A stretch of 64,000 bases of DNA from a virus, in IMG/VR virus record IMGVR_UViG_3300028584_001238. One strand, written 5' to 3'. A program made the position numbers and the translations under genes. Positions 59,487 through 64,000 of the stretch are shown here, piece after piece (position 1 is the stretch's first letter; each line of letters begins with the position of its first letter). A model generated the notes under the pieces. It made no database searches. It worked only from the letters and a program-made list of their open reading frames with translations, and was not told the origin of the DNA.

Positions 59487-61160
59487 TTATGGTTGTTGAA
59501 TATTATCGTATAACTCTTCATCAATTTCAGTGATGAACTGCCCAGTATGAACGCCCTTCTGAATAATACTGAAGACAGGTGGTTGCTTTTTAGTTGGTCC
59601 TGTTGTCCCAATAAGTTCTTTTCTATCATATAAATCAATCATAAGTTGTTTGAATTCAAAGTTTGCAGAATTTTTGAATAAGAAAAATGATGAATTAGTA
59701 ACCAAAGTTGTATCACAAAGATCATTAATATAATCTTCATGAATTTGATGATCAAAAACGAAGAAAATATTTAATTCATTAAGTTTTTTAATCATATTAG
59801 CAGTGTTTTTATTAATGTTCATCAAAATATGGGCATCTTCAATAATTATATAAAAAGGGATTTTTTTATTTCTAAATTTAGAAGTAAAAAATTGCTCAGT
59901 CAAAGCTATCAATATTTGTTCAAATCTATTGCTTCCAAGTCTTAAAGTATCTACTCGGCGTCTAGCATCATCTCGTGTATCAAATGTTGTGTGAACAATT
60001 TTATCATTCTGTATACTACTTGCAATTAGATTGGTATTCGCGTCTTCATTAAAAACAAACAAATCATTATTTTTGTTTAATAGTTTTGTCATATTTTTTA
60101 TGTAAGTGGTCGAATAAATTTGACCAAATGGATTAATAACACAAAAACCTCTATTATTCATAATTAACTGAAACATAAATGAATAGATAAAAACACCTTT
60201 GCCAGTACCCGGAGCACCTAACACTGAAATATTTGAATGCAAATGTTCAGGAGTCGCAAAAAAAGGACTTTGATCAACCTGTCTACCAAAAATAAAAGGT
60301 TTTTCTTCTGTCACGGATTCTCGTATAAATGGGTAATAGTTTTGAAGACTTGTGTATTTATCAGCTTTGAAGAATACTGGAATTTCATCATTTCTTGCAA
60401 GCCTTTGTTTTTCCATCCTTATGTTTATGTGATGCTCTATTTTTTCAACACTATGGCCTTCAAATATAAGTTTGGTTAAATAACCTTCATCATAATCAAA
60501 ATCTTCAATAATTGATTTGATATAATAATAAATTCCTCTAGTTTTTAAGTCATCATTAAATTTGTTAAATTCATTGTAGAGTTCACCATCATCAGAATAA
60601 TCAGGAGATATTTTCATCCTATGAATAAGGTTATCTATAGCTTCAATATCTATTTTTTTATATTCATCTATAACAATATTAATAATATTTTTTAACTGAC
60701 CATTACGAATAAAAGCAGCATCTACATTCAACAAGTTATTTGTAGAAATGAAAACGAAAGGAAGATAATAAATATATGCTTTCAAATTTAAATGTGAATG
60801 TTCAATAAAACCTTGTCTCTGATTATCTATTATTTTGTTAATGAAATATAAACTATCAATTGAATAGCCAGTGCTCGCTAATTTATCAATAAATTTATCT
60901 TTTAAAATAAGTAATTCAATTGAATCTATTTTTGTGAGTGCCTTAAGAGACTTTAAACTGTTATCTTTTGAAAGGATTGCATTGGTTAAATAGTGTTCAT
61001 ACTGGTTATATGATGTATAGCCAAGTAATTTAGTCAAGTCATCCAGTATGACAGTGTGTTTGATGGTTGGATTTGTTTTTTGAATAGCCTTAGCTGTTCT
61101 TTTGATCGACTCGTTGTCGATGAAATAGATTGTTTTCATGTGTGTATGCTCCGATATCAC
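59487..61160 (-). CDS. P-loop ATPase, HerA/coupling-protein (VirD4/TraD/DotL)-like C-terminal domain (likely start 61139)
   Basis: NISVLGAPGTGKG Walker A, GFCVINP, FYIIIED Walker B-like, later HQ. Confidence 0.65.
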   Translation of the reverse strand: MISEHTHMKTIYFIDNESIKRTAKAIQKTNPTIKHTVILDDLTKLLGYTSYNQYEHYLTNAILSKDNSLKSLKALTKIDSIELLILKDKFIDKLASTGYSIDSLYFINKIIDNQRQGFIEHSHLNLKAYIYYLPFVFISTNNLLNVDAAFIRNGQLKNIINIVIDEYKKIDIEAIDNLIHRMKISPDYSDDGELYNEFNKFNDDLKTRGIYYYIKSIIEDFDYDEGYLTKLIFEGHSVEKIEHHINIRMEKQRLARNDEIPVFFKADKYTSLQNYYPFIRESVTEEKPFIFGRQVDQSPFFATPEHLHSNISVLGAPGTGKGVFIYSFMFQLIMNNRGFCVINPFGQIYSTTYIKNMTKLLNKNNDLFVFNEDANTNLIASSIQNDKIVHTTFDTRDDARRRVDTLRLGSNRFEQILIALTEQFFTSKFRNKKIPFYIIIEDAHILMNINKNTANMIKKLNELNIFFVFDHQIHEDYINDLCDTTLVTNSSFFLFKNSANFEFKQLMIDLYDRKELIGTTGPTKKQPPVFSIIQKGVHTGQFITEIDEELYDNIQQP

Positions 61161-61330
61161 TTTATCTGTTATTTAGTTTGGTAGATGGCGTTGGCTTCCC
61201 ATATAGTGATTAGGTAGGCATATCTACAAAATGCCTTATTTACTATTAAATTATAGTAGATAATAAAAAAGTCAAATAGCAGACAATAAAAAACCCCACA
61301 ACGAGGTGAGGTTTAATGTTTGAAAAAAAC

Positions 61331-61543
61331 TTAATCTATAACTTTTTGAATCCCATCGGCCATACCTTTCCATGTATCAGCCATGTTCTTAGTAACCACT
61401 GAGATCATTCTGGTTTCAGTATCAATATGATAGATGGTACCGCTTGCACCGTGAGCATTATGATTACGATCCCAAATAATAACTTCATCTTCCAGTTGTA
61501 GGTCTTCAAAACAGACCGAAACAGCGTTTTTGCGATTACTCAT
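61331..61543 (-). CDS. small SH3-like protein
   Basis: 70 aa LQLEDEVIIW...GTIYHID; GAGG RBS. Confidence 0.6.
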   Translation of the reverse strand: MSNRKNAVSVCFEDLQLEDEVIIWDRNHNAHGASGTIYHIDTETRMISVVTKNMADTWKGMADGIQKVID

Positions 61544-61588
61544 AAGTTAACCCTCAAAGTCCGGCTAACCGGACTGATATGAAGTGGT

Positions 61589-61909
61589 TTAGAACGGAAT
61601 GGCGGGGAGGTTGAGGGCTTCCAGCTCAGCTTCAACCAACGTTACACGATAAGCACCTTGATGGGGTTTATCTTCATAGTGCATATGGCGAAGGGTTTTC
61701 GCATCAAACTGAACTTCAACAACAGAACCAGTCCCGAAGTGAATCCCTTGATAAACACTTTTCTGAGTGTTATGATCATCAACACGTTTTTGAATGTGAA
61801 CTTTTGAACCTTTTGGGAACATAAAACTATGACCAACCATGCTCAAGTTTTTACCAATAAGATGAACGTCAACGGGTAGTTTTTTTTGTTTGCCTTGTTG
61901 TTGAGACAT
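61589..61909 (-). CDS. hypothetical protein
   Basis: 106 aa; GAGGA RBS. Confidence 0.7.
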   Translation of the reverse strand: MSQQQGKQKKLPVDVHLIGKNLSMVGHSFMFPKGSKVHIQKRVDDHNTQKSVYQGIHFGTGSVVEVQFDAKTLRHMHYEDKPHQGAYRVTLVEAELEALNLPAIPF

Positions 61910-62015
61910 AGTTAAATCCTCGTGTTTGTTTAAATGAGATGGCTAGTATACCGTAAATTAAAAATAAATACAACAAAAAAAGACATCCTAAGATGTCTTT
62001 TCTGTATTGATAACC

Positions 62016-62462
62016 TTACGGTCTTGGTCTGATGTTCAATCTTGATTTAACTTCATCAAGATCATTTTTATTACTAGCATCCAAAGCAACCTTGGCATTA
62101 AAGTCCATTTGAACATGATGTATATCTCTAACTGCTTCTTTAAAATGTCTGAGCTGATTTAAATCCTCATGCATATACATAAAATGAGACTGAGCAAGCT
62201 CTACTTTCTGAACATATTCTACAAGAGCACGGCTAACTGTTGTAACTTCATGCGGAAGTAAAGAATCTCCATTAGACACTTTATTTTTAATTTCATCGAA
62301 CATAAATCCAATACCACGTCCACGAAGCTCTGTTTCTTCTGCAAGAGCTGACGGTAAAACTTTTTCGAAAATTAAATTATTATTTGCAAGCATTTCTTGT
62401 GCGGTATTCAAAGCATCAGTGATGATTTTAACATATTTGTTGTCATTAGCATTTTGTTCCAT
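62016..62462 (-). CDS. hypothetical with basic C-terminal tail
   Basis: Ends KSRLNIRPRP; terminator downstream. Confidence 0.7.
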   Translation of the reverse strand: MEQNANDNKYVKIITDALNTAQEMLANNNLIFEKVLPSALAEETELRGRGIGFMFDEIKNKVSNGDSLLPHEVTTVSRALVEYVQKVELAQSHFMYMHEDLNQLRHFKEAVRDIHHVQMDFNAKVALDASNKNDLDEVKSRLNIRPRP

Positions 62463-62792
62463 AATAATTCCATACTGTTGTTAATTACAGTATAACACAA
62501 AATAAACAATATAAAATAAGCTATATCATTTTTTTAATATTGGCTAAAAAAACACACCTAAAAAACGACCATAAAAAACATATACATGTCATTTTTCCGT
62601 AATAATATAATTGACACACAATATTTTTTAAATATTTTTTAATGCCTTAAAAACAGAAAAATATAAAAAATACATGCAAATATCCGTAATAAGCAAGAAT
62701 GCTATTATGAAAATTACATAAACAGGCGTATCTTTTGATTGATTATCTTAAATGATTAACGTATAATTAGGTTTCTAAAAGGAGTAAACCAC

Positions 62793-63143
62793 ATGTCAGT
62801 TAACGAAAATCATTACATCATACTAGGTATTAAAATGACTTATGATGACTACAATGAAAAATATAACATAGAAGAAAATGATAGTCTTCATGATGCTTAC
62901 GCCAACCGAAGAACCCAAAAGAAAGGTGATATGGTTGTTGTCGTGGATGGAATGTCTGGTGAATATGCGTTCATTGGTAAACTGGTAGGAAAATCCAGAG
63001 AAAGTTACGAAGGTATACCGATGACTGAGATCACTAAGAAAATGTTCAACGACAAAAAATTGAAAAAAGAATTGATTGAAACATTCGGTTTTACTGCAGA
63101 AGAGTTGGATATTAATGTTCACATATTCACTCATTACTCTTAA
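62793..63143 (+). CDS. hypothetical, paralog of 34534..34920
   Basis: MSVN...IILG, DGMSGEYAFIG; AAGGAG RBS. Confidence 0.75.
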   Translation: MSVNENHYIILGIKMTYDDYNEKYNIEENDSLHDAYANRRTQKKGDMVVVVDGMSGEYAFIGKLVGKSRESYEGIPMTEITKKMFNDKKLKKELIETFGFTAEELDINVHIFTHYS

Positions 63144-63235
63144 AACTTGAAAAATAGAATAACAATAAAAATAAATTTGATACTTACAACAAAAAAAGTT
63201 ATGATAGATAAATAAAACAATAATAAGATATAGAC

Positions 63236-64000
63236 ATGAAAAACTATAAACTAACACCTTTAATAATGCTATTGGCTAGTCTATCCACGACTGGCTCTAA
63301 TGCTTCATACAGCCTTGTCTATCCCTTAGACAATATCAAGTTCACAAACATACCAGTCGTACAAGAACAATGGTCTGCTGGCGAGCCTACAATAAGTGAA
63401 TGGGTAATGGGTGCAAAAGACTGTTCTAATTGGTCACCGGCTGAAAGTACAAAGGCAATTGGTGTCAGCTATCAACAAACAGCCAATGATTGTTCTGTAG
63501 AAAAAACTAGAACTATACAAAATACAGAAGTCTCTAATTTAGGAAACCATAGAAATGTGGGTGAATTAGTCACTGAAAACGAAACAGACACTAATCAAAC
63601 TGATACAAAAGAAGCTTATGGAACAAGATTTACTCATACGATTCAAGTTGCTCATTATTTTGGCTGGGGAACAACAGACTATCATGGGTATTTCACACCA
63701 AATTCAACATATAATACTTTTGAGAAGTTCAATCCAAGCGGATTAACACCCGATACAATATTGGGACAAACGATAGAATTTTTAGCGAATCAAGCCGGAA
63801 ATACTATATTCAGAACACTCAATGGTGCTAATCATGCCATATTAGTTAATTATGAAATAACCGTTAATGGAAAGACCTGCCCATTTAAATACAATGATCC
63901 AAACCTAGCACCAGAAAATACTATTATAATAGCTAATTGTGAATTATTTAAAAATTTAGCTGGTCAAACTGTAAAAGTGGACATATCACCTAGGCAATGA
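63236..64000 (+). CDS. secreted protein sharing the Trp/Cys module of 16516..18882
   Basis: Signal peptide; EQW...W...CSNWSP...G..YQQT..C...TRT module. Confidence 0.75.
   Translation: MKNYKLTPLIMLLASLSTTGSNASYSLVYPLDNIKFTNIPVVQEQWSAGEPTISEWVMGAKDCSNWSPAESTKAIGVSYQQTANDCSVEKTRTIQNTEVSNLGNHRNVGELVTENETDTNQTDTKEAYGTRFTHTIQVAHYFGWGTTDYHGYFTPNSTYNTFEKFNPSGLTPDTILGQTIEFLANQAGNTIFRTLNGANHAILVNYEITVNGKTCPFKYNDPNLAPENTIIIANCELFKNLAGQTVKVDISPRQ

Noticed and set aside
1-64000. Amber stop-codon reassignment suggested by the CUA anticodon
   Set aside because: ORFs are long and dense under code 11, and the MxxI tag sits directly before TAG in several genes (13087, 25463, 32105, 45773), showing that TAG terminates

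Overview
AT-rich, gene-dense accessory region of a large bacterial mobile element, either a jumbo phage or a phage-like megaplasmid. No capsid, terminase or replication hallmark gene lies in the window, so I cannot tell which. It uses the standard genetic code, sigma70-type promoters and many intrinsic terminators. There are about 90 CDSs, mostly hypothetical. Recognisable genes are a SAM methyltransferase, an HD-domain alarmone hydrolase, cytidine deaminase, RNA ligase, NAD kinase, a LemA-like protein, a P-loop ATPase and tRNA-Arg(CCG). A non-autonomous IS607-like tnpB element splits a small Cys-rich gene. Two observations stand out. (1) A ~430-nt minus-strand non-coding transcript (4850->4422) has its own promoter and terminator. 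It contains a covarying mimic of the 23S rRNA L11-binding/GTPase-associated domain (H42-H44), split by a ~256-nt structured insert, and ends in a D-armless tRNA-like module with a CUA anticodon and CCA. (2) At least 21 otherwise diverse 200-400 aa proteins share one C-terminal tag, [D/E/K/Q/N]-M-x-x-[I/Y/C]-stop, suggesting a common docking or sorting system.
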